Origin: Balanoglossus misakiensis
Lineage: Eukaryota; Animalia; Hemichordata
Assembly (NCBI GenBank): GCA_040954595.2
Contig: CM082595.2
Coordinates: forward strand, 4,490,137-4,554,136
Reading direction: 5' to 3'
DNA length: 64,000 bases
Positions 1-13,333 of this stretch are shown piece by piece. The notes beneath the pieces were generated by a model. The model had not been told where the DNA came from and did no database searches. It saw only the letters and a list, made by a program, of their open reading frames with translations. How positions within the stretch are numbered: position 1 is the first letter of the stretch; the number at the start of each line of letters is the position of its first letter. Both the position numbers and the translations under genes were made by a program.

Positions 1-2520
1 TGCGAGGCACACTAGACGATAAAAAATCGATAACGCTATTCAACAATATAGCAACAATGTATAAGAACAATAGAAGCAACACCCAAGGAATGTCTACAGC
101 CACAAAACGCAGACTGAACGAACGAGCAGCACAAATCTTTCCCGCCGCTGCCACCAATAAACAGAAATTATGTCGGACTGAGGTCCCAAAAATTGTCAAG
201 CCTTAATGAATGACGAACCTCGGACCAAACAGCCAACTCAACGGTAGCGTAAACGTAGCACGATCGAGCCTTGACGTTACAAGCCACCGTTCGATTTACT
301 TTGCGCACGACAGAACGTGCGCTGAGAGACGTGCTGAAAAGACCGACCGACCGACCTGAGCGTTGCGCTCACACAAATACCAAGAAAAACCTCGGAATTA
401 CGATCTGTAGACAACTAAATCTCTCAGAGGTTACAGACAAAGTGTTCCCACAAACGTGGAGACAGGTTTGAACGAGAATATAAGAAAGATAGAGGTAAAA
501 TACGAATTCAGATCATTACAACCGAGAGCACGATGCTCACAGTTCAACGGCCATGTCTCGTCTGCTTTTGTACAAGCAATAAGCCCACGTGATACAACAA
601 GCTCCGCCCCCAATCGTGGACAATTGACAGTTTCTCTTGCTATAGGGTTTCTCAGTCTGAGAATCAGGAAAAAGTCGCATTTCTTGAGATACGAGTCTTG
701 TGTGGGGCGTTGACCTAGCGATTCCGTGACAGTGACATGACGTGTGCTTTTATTTCAGTAGCTCTTCAAATAACATCATGAGCGGCATTTAGGGGTTCAC
801 TCACTCACTCACTCACTATTATAAACTTCCACCCTTTAGTTAAATCTACGATATAATTAAATTCTATTTTCACATAAAACCATTTATCTGAGAGATGACT
901 TGTTACACAATGTTTCAGAAGTCTTGTAAACTTATTGACGTTGCCCATAGCAACAACCAGCACGTCAATGGGAGAATACAATTCGTGTATTGAACCCAAC
1001 TTCAAGTATGCGTCAATGGCAAACAGATTTGAAACATTAAGTTGGAAGGATAGCTAAGTCTGCCGCTGTTCCATTTAATTGCTGTCTCCGCATCGAACAG
1101 GACTTTCAAAATTTCTCACTTCACCATCAGGTGACATAAGTGGTGGCAAATCCATAAAATCATCAGGTTGATGTACATTGGACGCCTCAACAGACCGACC
1201 TGGAGTTTTATCAACTCCTGTTTGTTCAACTTGTGCGTAACTGATTTTATTGTCGACGATTTTTTCCACTGTACCACAGAGTGTACGTGCGAGGCACACT
1301 AGACGGAAAAAAAATCGATAACACTATTCAACAAATATAGCAACAATGTATAAGAACAATAGAAGCAACAGCCAAGGAATGTCTACAGCGGCAAAACGCA
1401 GACTGAACGAACAAGCAGCACAAATCTTATCCCACTTCTGCTACCAATGTAAACGGAAATTATGTCGGACTGAGGTCCCAAAAATTTCAAGCCTTTCTAT
1501 AGTGAATGACGAACCAGCCAACTCAACGGTAGCGTAAACGTAGCACGATCGAGCCTTGACGGCGTAGACCGGTCCGTTACAAGCCCTGGTTCGATTTACC
1601 TTGCACACGGCAGAACGTGCGCTAAGAGACGTGCTGAAAAGACCGACCGACCGACCTGAGCGTTGCGCTCACACAAATACCAAGAAAAACCTCGGAATTA
1701 CGATCCGTAGACAACTAAATTTCTCAGAGGTTAGAGAAACAGTGTTCCCACAAACGTGGAGAAAGGTTTGAACGAGAATATAAGAAAGATAGAGGTAAAA
1801 TACGAATTCAGATCACTACAACCGAGAGCACCATGCTCACAGTTCAACCGCCATGTCTCGTCTGGTTTTGAATGTCGAGGGGAGTCACGTATAAGCAAAT
1901 ACGCCCACGTGATACAACAAGCTCCGCCCCCAATAGTGGACAATTGACAGTTTCTCTTGCTATAGGGTTTCTCAGTCTGAGAATCAGGAAAAAGTCGCAT
2001 TTTTTGAGCTACGAGTCTTGTATGCGGCGTTGACCTAGCAATTCCGTGACAACTCCCCCCCCCCCCCCCCGACCAGACCTGTGATGAAATGAGAAGGAAG
2101 GGACATGCGCCCAAACTACAGCTGGCATATGAAGGGCCCTACTTTATAGTCAAAGGCAAATTATCCGACTTAGTATATCATATTCAGAGGAGTTCAAATA
2201 GTAAGCCAAAGATTGCCCACTGTCTTCACGGTAACTACTGAGGGTGGTTGACCGACATAATCAAATGCTATTTTCACATAAAACCGATTATCTGAGAGAT
2301 GACTCGTTTCACAACGTTTGAGAAGTCTTGTAAACTTCTTGACGTTGCCCATAGCAACAACCAGCACGTCATTGGCAAAATACAATTCGTTTATTGAACC
2401 CAACTTCGAGTTTGCGCCGGTGGCAAACAGATTTGAAACCTTAAAACAGTTGGAAGGATAGCTAAGTCTGTCGCTGTTCCATCTAATTGCTATCTCCGCA
2501 TCGAACAGGGCTTTCAAAAT
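1..2520 (-). mobile_element. Tandem array of a non-autonomous LTR retroelement (Gypsy-like, TRIM/LARD type): internal(1-157)-LTR(~158-731)-internal(732-1447)-LTR(1448-2051)-PPT-rearranged internal pieces
   Basis: Two ~600-bp direct repeats with TG..CA inverted termini (TGTAAACGGAAATT..AATTCCGTGACA). On the minus strand each is followed by a tRNA-Leu-type PBS (141-156 TGGTGGCAGCGGCGGG; 1429-1446 TGGTAGCAGAAGTGGGAT). A G-tract PPT (C-run at ~2052-2070) abuts the right LTR. 2250-2520 repeats internal sequence ~850-1110. Same family at 44356-46264. Confidence 0.85.
2089..2241 (+). pseudogene. Fragment of an LTR-retrotransposon integrase C-terminal GPY/F domain
   Basis: Translates as MRRKGHAPKLQLAYEGPYFIVKGKLSDLVYHIQRSSNSKPKIAH, matching the Gypsy integrase KL..x.GPY/F..V...S...Y pattern; below the ORF track cutoff. 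Confidence 0.7.
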
Positions 2521-2925
2521 GAGGTAATTTAAATTCAGTCGCTTCTCTCCCTAGCGCCCGATCCCGTCGACTGATCTCAAACGATGATCATGAGGGAATG
2601 GACGTATTCCATCTGAGCAAATCACCAGATGACGATAATTCCGTCCCGCGAGACCGGTGAATGTGCCGTGTACATCGTCGGACAAAATGAGCCAGCGCCG
2701 GATGTGCCTGAATGCTTTACGCGGCAAATCCTCCGTTCGCTTCGATCAGTCCCATTTGCAGTGTCTCACAAATACGTTCGGTTCCCGTGTCGCCTGGCGT
2801 AATCTCCCGGAGCAACAAAACTCAGTAAATAATGCAAACTAGCCTCTGTGAACGACATCAATTCTTACGTGAGCCTGATGCACGATAATACGTGTATGGG
2901 TAGTGTTTATGCCCATCTGGTTTAA

Positions 2926-3053
2926 AGGTATACGGTCACCTCCAATTTACAAAGAACGCTTTATTTTCGCGTGATTTCGCGTGATCTGTGATTGGTTAGA
3001 TCTCGACTTACCATGGTAACTGCGGCTAAATTTGTATAGGTGACCGTATACCT
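2926..3053. mobile_element. 128-bp MITE, Kolobok-like
   Basis: Perfect 16-bp TIR AGGTATACGGTCACCT..AGGTGACCGTATACCT flanked by TTAA on both sides (2922-2925, 3054-3057). Related end fragments near 46975-47025 and 35835-35855. Confidence 0.8.
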
Positions 3054-5700
3054 TTAAAACCTCAGCTCTGTCTGAACGCCATTGCTGTGGCGACACCATC
3101 TACGGGACCAATGTTATTATTTTGGAGTGTGACGTCATTTTCGATATGTTTGGTTCCGCGCGAGTTAATAATATCGCTTGGTTTTCATCAGAGCGCGACT
3201 CTATACCATGCTTGGAGGCATAACGAACGAATAGAACCGACATAATTTGATTACATGCAGGTAATTTTTTGCCACCGTATCATTTACATTAGACACCTGC
3301 AGGCAAGGAACGATTCGTGCTCTACTGGCCCATAATTCAGTGTGTCATTTCAAAGTCAATATCTCCCCTCTAAACGCTTCAAAATTCGCTTGCATGGCGA
3401 TAAAAACATCATTTTAAAAAAAATCGTGCCTGCATGCATCATTTTCAAACCACGGTGTCAGGTTCCGTTTCCGGGATACATAGTAGTGAACTTTTCAATG
3501 TGTTGAGGTAGGGCACATGCTTCCTGTAGGTTTCTCGATTTTCAGAAAACCGACACTTTCCAAGACCTGCTTCTATCAATGACATGGCAAGACATCAACA
3601 CGGTTCACGCCAACTGAACATCTCAAGTCAAATGAATATTCTGTCGTGTGGGCTCATTTCACGTATGAGTTGAACGCGTTTCACGATCTGCTCAGGCAGA
3701 CATGAAGCGATATGGCGAAGTGCGTCTGTCACTGACTTCGTCGTCATTGATAAAATGCTGATAAAATGCAACAGTCTATATCGAGGTATTTTACAGTCGT
3801 TATGGTAAACTGCGTTCATTAGAGCGCTCTTGTGAACTCAATGGACTGTATGCAATGTCAGTTGGTATGTGTATGCAATGTTAGTTGGCTACTGCTAACC
3901 TGTACACAGTGCACCGCTAGAAATGAAAAGTAAATTATTAGTCTCACTGGGAAATATTCATAACGGGATCACATCAATCATCCGGGCACTTTTGACAAAT
4001 GCGTAAATAATGAACCGATGTCCCCCTGACGACACTTACAACAGACAGTCTATCGCGAAATCTATAGTCCAGTGGGTTAGAATCTGGTATAAATTAAATA
4101 TTGTTTGGTTAAAATGCAATACCACTCTGTCTCTTTTAATGATGTTATAATGTAGAAATAAACAGAACTGGCCACATCAGGAAAATATTAAGACATTAAG
4201 TCAAGTGCCACTCCCATGTGTATGTAATTATAACCTGTGTCAGCTAAATGCAATCTATGAAGAAGATTGAAGGGATGTTAATATTTCTGCGGGGGATGTT
4301 ACTCCATCATATTTCTGATTCTGCCGAGTAATATTCATCAAGCCTATGTCGTCCTTTTATAGAACCGCGTGACGTGGATACATGTATTTTAATTCCAAGC
4401 ATGCGCCAGCGCGCGTGCTGCGATGAAATGAATGTGATTATAAGTTGAGTTATTCACCTGACATTTATCACAGAAATGTTGTATGACATACACTAGCAAA
4501 TACTCTGTGAACAAAGTTACGGGATAATCTTTTAATGTGCACTGATACTGAAATTTTCATTCAAAGTAGACAGCAGTGAGTTGTATGCACAGAATATGAC
4601 ACTCCCTTCAGATACCTCCCACCCCTTTGTTATAAATGAAAACTCCCTTATGCCTGATGCGGTTGACCAGCGCAAAAATGCGCTGGCAATTCAGCGTATC
4701 TTAGCTAAATTAAAACTGAATAGCCCCTTACGTGAAACAACAATACCAAATGAAAAATGTCAGAAGATTGCAGGTTTATCAATTTACTCAAAGCTCTCGT
4801 CTCCAGCCAACCGCGAATATCTTTTAATTAAATGTGCGACCGCCGAAACCTCGCCGTCCTCTGAAAAGTACAGCCTGTGTGAACTCGACAGCAAGCGAGT
4901 GAAATATTGCTCCGTGGCGTTCAACAATTCATTGCACATAATTACCCGATACAAAGAAAGAGCTTGTTACTCGGAAATAGAGACGACGATATGTGAGCGA
5001 GATAATTCGATGAAACGTATTGTTCTGGTTGAATGAGAAACCAGCCTCGCACAAAACAAACGTTGTCAGCAGTTAATTTCGCTAATGTCCGCATCCCGAG
5101 AACAAAGACGTGTGTATTTACTCTATCGACGGGATATTAACTTATTTACGAGATTGTCAAGAATTACTCGTTGAACGCCGATGGCTGTCAGATCACCACG
5201 CCATCCACGCTGACACGAACTCTTTAAATGTGTATACAGAAAGCGTCGGCACTCATGAAACCATCCGAGGTCTATCGAGATTGGCTGATATACGTCAACA
5301 GCAGCGATTAGGTTTTGAGAGACCCAATCACCGTCCGTGTTATTTGAGTACCATATACAGAAACAGCTGAGATAATCGAATCGGTTTGGCCTCGCATCTT
5401 CGCCTTGTGTCTTGTCTAACTTTTAAATACGTCACACCCAAATAGGCTGCATTTGACATTAATTGATGTACACTGAGAATAAGCCCTAAAATAATCGATC
5501 AGAGAGTGTAATAATCGCTTGTCAGACGGCCGACGTAAAAGGCAGAATAAAAATGTTCCAATTCTACACACATTTGACAAAAGAAGGAACCTTTTAAATA
5601 TGAGATGGCCATCAGCTGCTTCTGAAATGAACGTAACATGAAACGAATCATGCAGTACCCGCCAACGTGACAGGCATCGAGTAATTAGAACTTTCTTTAA

Positions 5701-5785
5701 CCCTTTCGCCGCCATGGTTCAGTCCAAAGCCATTGTTTTATATGGCAAGGTTGGACCTCTGTAGAGGGAACTGGGGGTGAAAGGG
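5701..5785. mobile_element. 85-bp MITE, piggyBac-like (CCCT..AGGG termini, TTAA TSD)
   Basis: TTAA|CCCTTTCGCC...GGTGAAAGGG|TTAA. A closely similar copy lies at 38671-38755 and a degenerate one near 55437-55515. Confidence 0.8.
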
Positions 5786-8700
5786 TTAAGCCACGCGTCG
5801 CATCGGATAGAAGGGTTCAGTACATGTCCATCTCCATAGCGATGTATTGCCGAGGGCATAATTCCAGGGTATTAATTATAATGTGGTTTATTTTGAAAAT
5901 GTGAAACGCACAAAAAGACTGTAGCCAGATGTTCGTTACACCCAAAAAAGATTGGCTATTTTTCAATTCTTCCCAACTGACTTGTTTATAAGACTCATCA
6001 AGGGGCATACCTCACGCCTCCCTTATTCACCAAACGTGCAAAGTATTCTTTTCAAACGGCAATCATCACGATATGAATCGCACGAGATCTGGCCGGGAGC
6101 TCTCGTGGTCTGTCGTAACAGAATCATGGCTACTTAGACATTCCAGGAATTCTAGTAAATGTGACTCTGACTTGTCGCCCCTTTTCCTGGCCAGCAATAA
6201 ATCATGGGGGTTGGGGGGGGGGCGCTTTCCTCCAATTCTTGATCTCGCGCTCTGCACAATGACCGACTTCAACGTTAACCCTTCATGGTTACTGATTTAA
6301 TCTGTGCATGGCTATGCATGTGCGTTAAATTTGACGATGGCGCCATTTGCCTTAGAAGGAAAATGCCACTAATTTTAGCAATCTCTTGATTATGATGGTT
6401 CAATGCTAATTTTGGTATTAATCTCCTTCCGTAATGTCTAAACTTTACTTTACCGAGTACGCAACGTTTGAAAACATTTATTTTTACACTTTCCTTTGAG
6501 AGGCTATTAATAAAGTACGACGGGACATTATGAAACACAGTTGAGGTTTTATAGCCTTTCCAATGATTGCTGACATGTACAAAGTCGTAGAGACACTCCA
6601 GCGCCGAGACTCGTGAAAGGAGACAATATTATTAGCAATAAACTGGTGAAACGACTTTATATCAAGTTTATAGCGTCGTGAAATAGCATCAGATCGTCTG
6701 ACTTCAGTCGCCAACGGTTGCTGCGCGACTATAATAGATCACTTCACGTCTACTCCCACGTTGCAATATCCGCTGCGAGTCTAACGGGGGAAGGCAGAAG
6801 CATACATATTCGATCAGCATATATTCCAACCATGGGAGTGTGAGACTTTGTTTCAAATCATTAATTGATTCCTTTACACATCCGTCTATCTATCTATCTG
6901 TCTGCCTGTCTGTCTGTCTGTCCGTCCGTCTGTCTGTCTTACGGGTAAGGCATAAGCATATTATATATAGGCCTATATGTATATTATGGAAATAAACTAT
7001 GTCATACAAACTACCTCAGAATAACGTTTGCAGCATTGTAGTACATCCCAAAACATTTTCACAGTCAGAACTTCGTGACATCATCGCTGTTAATTTGTTT
7101 TACATGATTTATGTGGCAGGTCAGTTCACTGGGGCAAAGGCGAGCTGGTCTCATCTGTTTAACCATTCGTGGCCATTAATAGCATGTCAGCCAAAAGGCA
7201 GACAAACTTTCACACCAACTCCACACCTTACATGAATTTAATGAAAAAATAATTGGGGAAATCTTCTTAATTAGAGATTTAATGGGTGTCAGCTGTCATA
7301 AGGAACTACGACCGAGCAAGATTAATTGCCATCAACATATTAGTTAGGCCTTTACCATGCCCCTAAATTGTTATCAATTATGTAACAAACAAAGCGCCAG
7401 CCTGTTTACATGTAAGTCGAAAATGAGCGGGAAAATGACTGGGCGCCTGTCGTGCGCACCTGACAAGCAGTGTGAATTAACAAATTTAGAGTGCTAATCA
7501 CGAGGTATTGCAGATGCGTTTGTGTCAAGTGCATCTCTAAACGTGTAAGGTCAGGGACATTTGTTTGATGGGTGTGTCCCCAGACGTTTCATTGATATCA
7601 ATTATTGATATCGCGTGATTACAGAATGAAGAGGCGGTGTACGTATACGGAAATGATAAACACTGAAAAACCATCGGAGGCAGTGAACAGCATATCATTT
7701 TCCCACGACACTCGTTAGACTCGACATGAATGATAGAAGTTCCCCCGCTGAAAACATTGCGCATATACGTTCTTCTCATTATTCATGACGGGACAATTAC
7801 AGTTTGGCATTCCGTGCAGTAAGGTGATTCTAATGAATGGCGTTTTCCGAACGGCATACACATGTCTGGACGCCATTTTGTTCTTGGAATACTTTACTGT
7901 AATAGTGCCTTTGGTAGTGGACATTGAAGGCAATCAGTTTCGTCAGGGCTTTGTAGCGAGATGAATACGAGACCATTTTTTGCCATGACCACTGTGGACG
8001 TGTTGATAAGAGGGTTTATCCCGGTAGAGAAGGTGACACCTGTTGTCAGCTTCCCACGCCTCATCGTTCTGATCACCGACATCAAAAACAAAACCCAACC
8101 AAATTTTCTGCGTAAACACACACACAGTTGAACTGTGTGAGCCCTGACCTCATCAATCAACGCTTGTAGCCTCAGAAAGGGAAAAGATCACGAAATAACG
8201 AGTGTTGTCGCGAAATGCACAATAAAATTGTTGACACAACGGATCCAAGTTGACAGGGCTAATAAATTACGAACATCAGGGTTGTTTTATGATTCAAACC
8301 TGTTTACTGTAAATATGTACCAAGGTATTTGTGTTTTGAGGTCAAACGTCACGGATGGTACATGGAGTGACTGTGACATGTCAAGTTGATAAACCTGTAT
8401 ATGGATATGTACGTGCAGTATGTATGTATATCTGTCTGTCTGTATGTGGTCTGTCTGTCTGTCTTTCTTTAGTAACATGAATTTACTCACTGTGGACACC
8501 ATCAATCAGAAGGAGAAGAATTTTTGGGATGAGCATTTGTGACAGAAATGGCATGACGTGTCGTGAACTACATATGTGAAATGGTCACTGAGGTGAACCT
8601 TATAGCGTGTTACACGGTGGCCAACGCTTTAAATAATTATCAGACATTTGCAGTGTGCGTGTCATGACAATTTCATTTCTGTCAGCCGTAATCACTTCAA

Positions 8701-10168
8701 AGATGGCGGCCCGCAACAAAGCGACGTCAGCTGCAACACGACACGTGTAGTTTCTGACACTTGACGCCAGCCATTAAGAATCAAATTACTGTTGTCATTT
8801 TAACTTGGCCCGGCCGCGGCCCTAGCTTGCTGTCAAAACTCGATAAACATGGTTTGATCTATTAAGGGCGGTCAACAACAAGTGTCTTGACCCAACCTCG
8901 TGGGTTGCGGATTGGGACAAGTTCAAGGTGCTAAAAACAACGTCAAATCACGTGGGATGAAAACTGGGGAGGCAGAACGCCTACGATGAACACATCTGTT
9001 GACATGAACAGGATAAAAGTATCCATTATGTGAAAACGATTATTCGCGATGAGTGATCACGACAGCCGTTGCTGTTGCCAGATTTGGAACAAAGTTAATT
9101 ATCTCTAAGTATTTTCTCCGTGATTGATTGATTTTCAGTGTAAGTCCATACACGCGCGGAAAGTAAGCGATGGTCTATTAGGACCGCGGCCTTTCATGAC
9201 GTATTAAACTTCTGGAGAGAAGCAGGCCGGTCGTAGTATAGTAGCGAAAGATTCATCAATGCATGTGCTATCAAACGCAGCTCGCGAATATGATAGAGAA
9301 ATAACAAGGCATTCTTTGCAATGGTGTATATGGAAACAGTTACACTTTGTGCGTGTTTCGAATTGCTGGCAACCAGTGCAAGTTATATCAAAGATATAAA
9401 CGGGTAGACTTGCCACGACTGCTTTATAGTTTGACTTGCTAACAACCAATGCAAATTAGCTAAAGTAACAAGCGATTGTGATAAAAGTAGCAACACAATG
9501 CAATTTTCGTTCTGCACGTCACCCTACGGTGTGGCCATACAGACTGGACCCGAAAAGTACAAAGAGCACGCACGAAATGTCAACAAAAGGCCAAACGTAT
9601 TTCTGGAAGCAGAGCAGCATCGCATGTCGCCTCCTCGCTAATTTCGACGTCGTCATTTTAATATGCATGGCTATTTTTAGAAACGCGATGACGACATGTG
9701 GTGCTTTTTTCACTCACTGAAAAAAATGGCAATTAGTAATAGCGCCTACACAAAAACGAACATACGAACATAAAGGAGACAAAACCCCCATGAAATCCAA
9801 ACTGTTGACCATACTTCTTAATTATGACATGAACATTGTACAAATATTAAGGTTGTGTATTATTCGGATAGAATACTTCTCATAACGGTTTTACATCAAT
9901 AGACGGACACTATGAGTATTTATTTTTCTATTCTACGCAGTTGACGGGTGGAACGTCGTTTCTCTATTTCTAGACAATCAATCAATGTCCTTCTTCATGC
10001 CATGTTCTTGCCATCGAGCGAGACAGATGTTTTACCAACATATTTTACGACTATACTAGTTTTTACCAACATATTTTACGACTATACTAGTTTGTATTAT
10101 GCTAATGACTTAAACCGTACTGCCCGGTCGATGCACTGTCGTCATGCGCAGACTACTCGCCTACACAG

Positions 10169-10376
10169 ATACATACATACATACATACATACATACATAC
10201 ATACATACATACATACATACATACATACATACATACATACATACATACATACATACATACATACATACATACATACATACATACATACATACATACATAC
10301 ATACATACATACATACATACATACATACATACATACATACATACATACATACATACATACATACATACATACATAC
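10169..10376. repeat. (CATA)n microsatellite, about 52 perfect units
   Basis: Directly visible; generates the spurious YIHT/MYVC ORFs. Confidence 0.98.
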
Positions 10377-13251
10377 CATATATATCTATTTTAAATTAAA
10401 GTTATTTCACGATGACAGACAGTCTTCTCCAAAATGAGGAAATAATTGCACCATTTTGTGAGTAATGTAAGGTTAGGCGCCCTACTGAGGTATGTGCGCA
10501 TTGGTGAACTAGACTGCTATTTCCATAGTTACGCAACGCAATGTGCTCTATATCACCACAGAAACGGACCAACGCGTCAGAGACACCGTCAATTGAGAGC
10601 TATCCCGCGGTCGCCGATTTGGTATTCACCTGACGGTGTGACCGAACTCTGTTAGTCCGCATCATCTCGGTGGCGTCGTAAAAAAATTATGCATTGTCGT
10701 GACTACAAGGAGAGTCTAAAATTTGCTGCCAGATTGCTAATCATTCTCCAATTAATAATAGACTAATTGTTGAATGCGCGATTTAAATAACTTTGAGTCG
10801 CCCTACCGATAAATGATACGTCTATTAAATTGCCCAGCATATCATACATCACAAGCGAAGGTTTTGTGGGGGTATTCTCGATGCGTCTTTAACAGGCTTC
10901 CTTCGTACACACAGTAATGATGTAATGGAGACATGCAATAGAATTCATAGACAGACGATCCATCAGCCCGAGACATGTTCAATTGAGCGATTGACTCTGC
11001 CTGATTATTGCCGTGCCCAAGTATGTTTGTCGGCTGCAGTGACGGTGAAATCGACATCGGGGGTATAGTGACATCGTGTTCATTTCATTTCCGCAGATCG
11101 AACCCAGACCCGACTGGATTATTGAAATACTCGAGACATGATATCGACACTGATTATACCGTGCATCTGTTCAGTAGAAACACGCCTAATATTCCGAAAG
11201 CAATTGTACAGTTGCTAGATTCTTTTGAATGACACACACAGGCACATACAACACAAATGAGGTAATAGTTATGTATTTATAAATAAATACATATAAATAT
11301 AGTTCAGTAACCGTGAGCAACGCGAACGCTTCAGATGGCAACAATAGAGAAAGCGATCACGGCCGGCCGCTAGGCACATAAACAAATACCATAGTTCCGG
11401 AATTACTGATCCGCTTAACACTTTGTCCGCCGTAAGTCACGTGTCGAACAGATATCGATTACAACCCAAAATCGCACATCTTCCTCGGGACGAACGGAAC
11501 ATTGCATAATAATCACCTGGCAACGCCGTGCATCGCTGCCACGAGAGTAGAGTCTCTCACAGCCCCTCTCGTCGTCCATGCAGGCTTATGGTCTGATTGC
11601 ATGAAGAGCCTTGTAGCGAACAGTGGGCTGTGAGAGAGTCTACCACGAGTAGGCCTATCCACTGTCATGGCCGGTGTAAGTGCAAAAGCCGAATCTCACA
11701 TACACGATGGTACCATGTCATTAAGCAAGGGATACGGATATCATGTTTACAAGCTCTAGGGAGAATATTATGTCTCGACTACTAAAACCCTCATTTTAAA
11801 GTGATAATAGCTGTATAGATTTTGATATTCATATTCATGGAATGCTCTGTTTATCAAATCCAGTTTCCCATTCTTCGACAAACTCTGGCATCAGGTTGGA
11901 TATAAACACGCCTGTACACGTAAAGCCAGTCCTCGATTTATTTTTAACAAATCGAGTTTAGTTGCGGGCAAGACCAAACACGTCCATTTGTTGATTAAAT
12001 AACAATGTTTCGACATGCCAGGAAAGTACATACATGTACCGAACATATCAACATTTACTACAGCTTTATTCTGAAACCGTCCATTATAAGCTGTTGTGTC
12101 GTGTAAATCTCTATAAAGGGGAGGGGTTCTCATATAGTGGTACCGGGAAGTTCAAGGGTCAACTTTGAAAATAAGTGTTGCAGGGACGAAAAGTGATAAA
12201 ATTCAATGTCCTCCGAAGAACGTACGCCCATCCAAACAAGATTAACTGAATCCACACACGACTGAGTTGCAGTGAAATCCAATTGCAGTTTTGCGCACCT
12301 ACGTGCACCGACAGAACAGAACAGAACGCAAGCCACCCCGTCATGCGCCGAACTGCTCGGACAGTGAAAACCGACGACAAAACGGGACCCGGCCTGGCGG
12401 ACACCTCGCACAGCAGATAAAAACCAACGATGGAAATAAATTATATCCAGTAGTGAAAAAAAAAAACACGCGTCACGACACTACAGAATGCATGAGCCCC
12501 TCCAGGGACTAAATACTGGTCAATATTCATTTAAGAGACCAATCTGTATTGCAAATCCCTCGGCGATGGGGGTGAGATGTGATTTATTTCATGTCACACG
12601 CAATGAGGTAACGCTCTCCGTCAGCACGTGACGCAAATAATAATAATACGCGCAAGTTACACAGATTTCAACAAGTTGAATCAGGAAATCCAAAAATATG
12701 CGTACATATATTAATAGCTATGAAATGACATTTGATGGCGTCGTTTTTAACACTGCTGTATAGGCCTATAGTACATTTCACACTTCATATACATGTATAG
12801 GTTATGTATGATAGTATAAATTATGCTATAAGGATATACTAGTACATGTAAATAAGACCTTGATCATGGCTGCCTTCACTGCTCGTTCACAAGGATTCTA
12901 ATTAAATGGCTCGCAGATATCCCAACAATGTTCCTACGCTGCTGCCACACTTAGTTTACGCCTCCGTGCTATTCTGTACAAGTGGGCATTACTTTCTCTG
13001 GGACATATCTGGGATTGTTTTCATGACAATCAGCTCAGTGACAAAACGGCAATGACCAGGCGAGTCGATGTCTCCCCTCTGAATGAGCACGTTCATATCA
13101 AATAAAACTTTGCGCTTTCTTATTTATAACAGACTCATAAATATCAACATGTGATATTAAACTTTTCCCGTTAAAAATATAAGGACCCGGGCAAGAAAGG
13201 TGCAAAGATGTGATGAAGTAAACGCTTACATTGTCAAGCTTATGCACTTAC

Positions 13252-13333
13252 CTGCGAAAATGACTTGCACGTAGGTTATAAGGCATGTACTGAGGAAAAA
13301 CAGCGAATTCAGAATCTCTACAACGGACGCCAT
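13252..13333 (-). CDS. First coding exon (signal peptide) of an unidentified secreted or membrane protein; rest of gene presumably left of the window
   Basis: cccATGG start; MASVVEILNSLFFLSTCLITYVQVIFA followed by G|gtaagt, a consensus phase-1 donor. CCAAT/ATTGG boxes cluster upstream at ~13876-14062. Confidence 0.65.

Noticed and set aside
1-2051. ~1.3-kb tandem repeat with ORFs on both strands, read as an integrated circular ssDNA virus or satellite
   Set aside because: TG..CA termini, PBS, PPT and a TSD-flanked sibling explain it as an LTR element; no Rep or capsid motifs; the ORFs frameshift between copies.
4581-5036. 151-aa ORF
   Set aside because: Non-ATG start, no recognisable motif or splice context; treated as a chance ORF.
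9948-10437. ORFs with YIHT/MYVC repeats
   Set aside because: Artefacts of the (CATA)n microsatellite.
12130-12411. GC-rich minus-strand ORFs as an alternative leader exon
   Set aside because: The candidate donor (GGGC|gtacgt) gives phase 0 or 2, incompatible with the phase-1 leader at 13252; weak signal peptide; a non-coding exon cannot be excluded.
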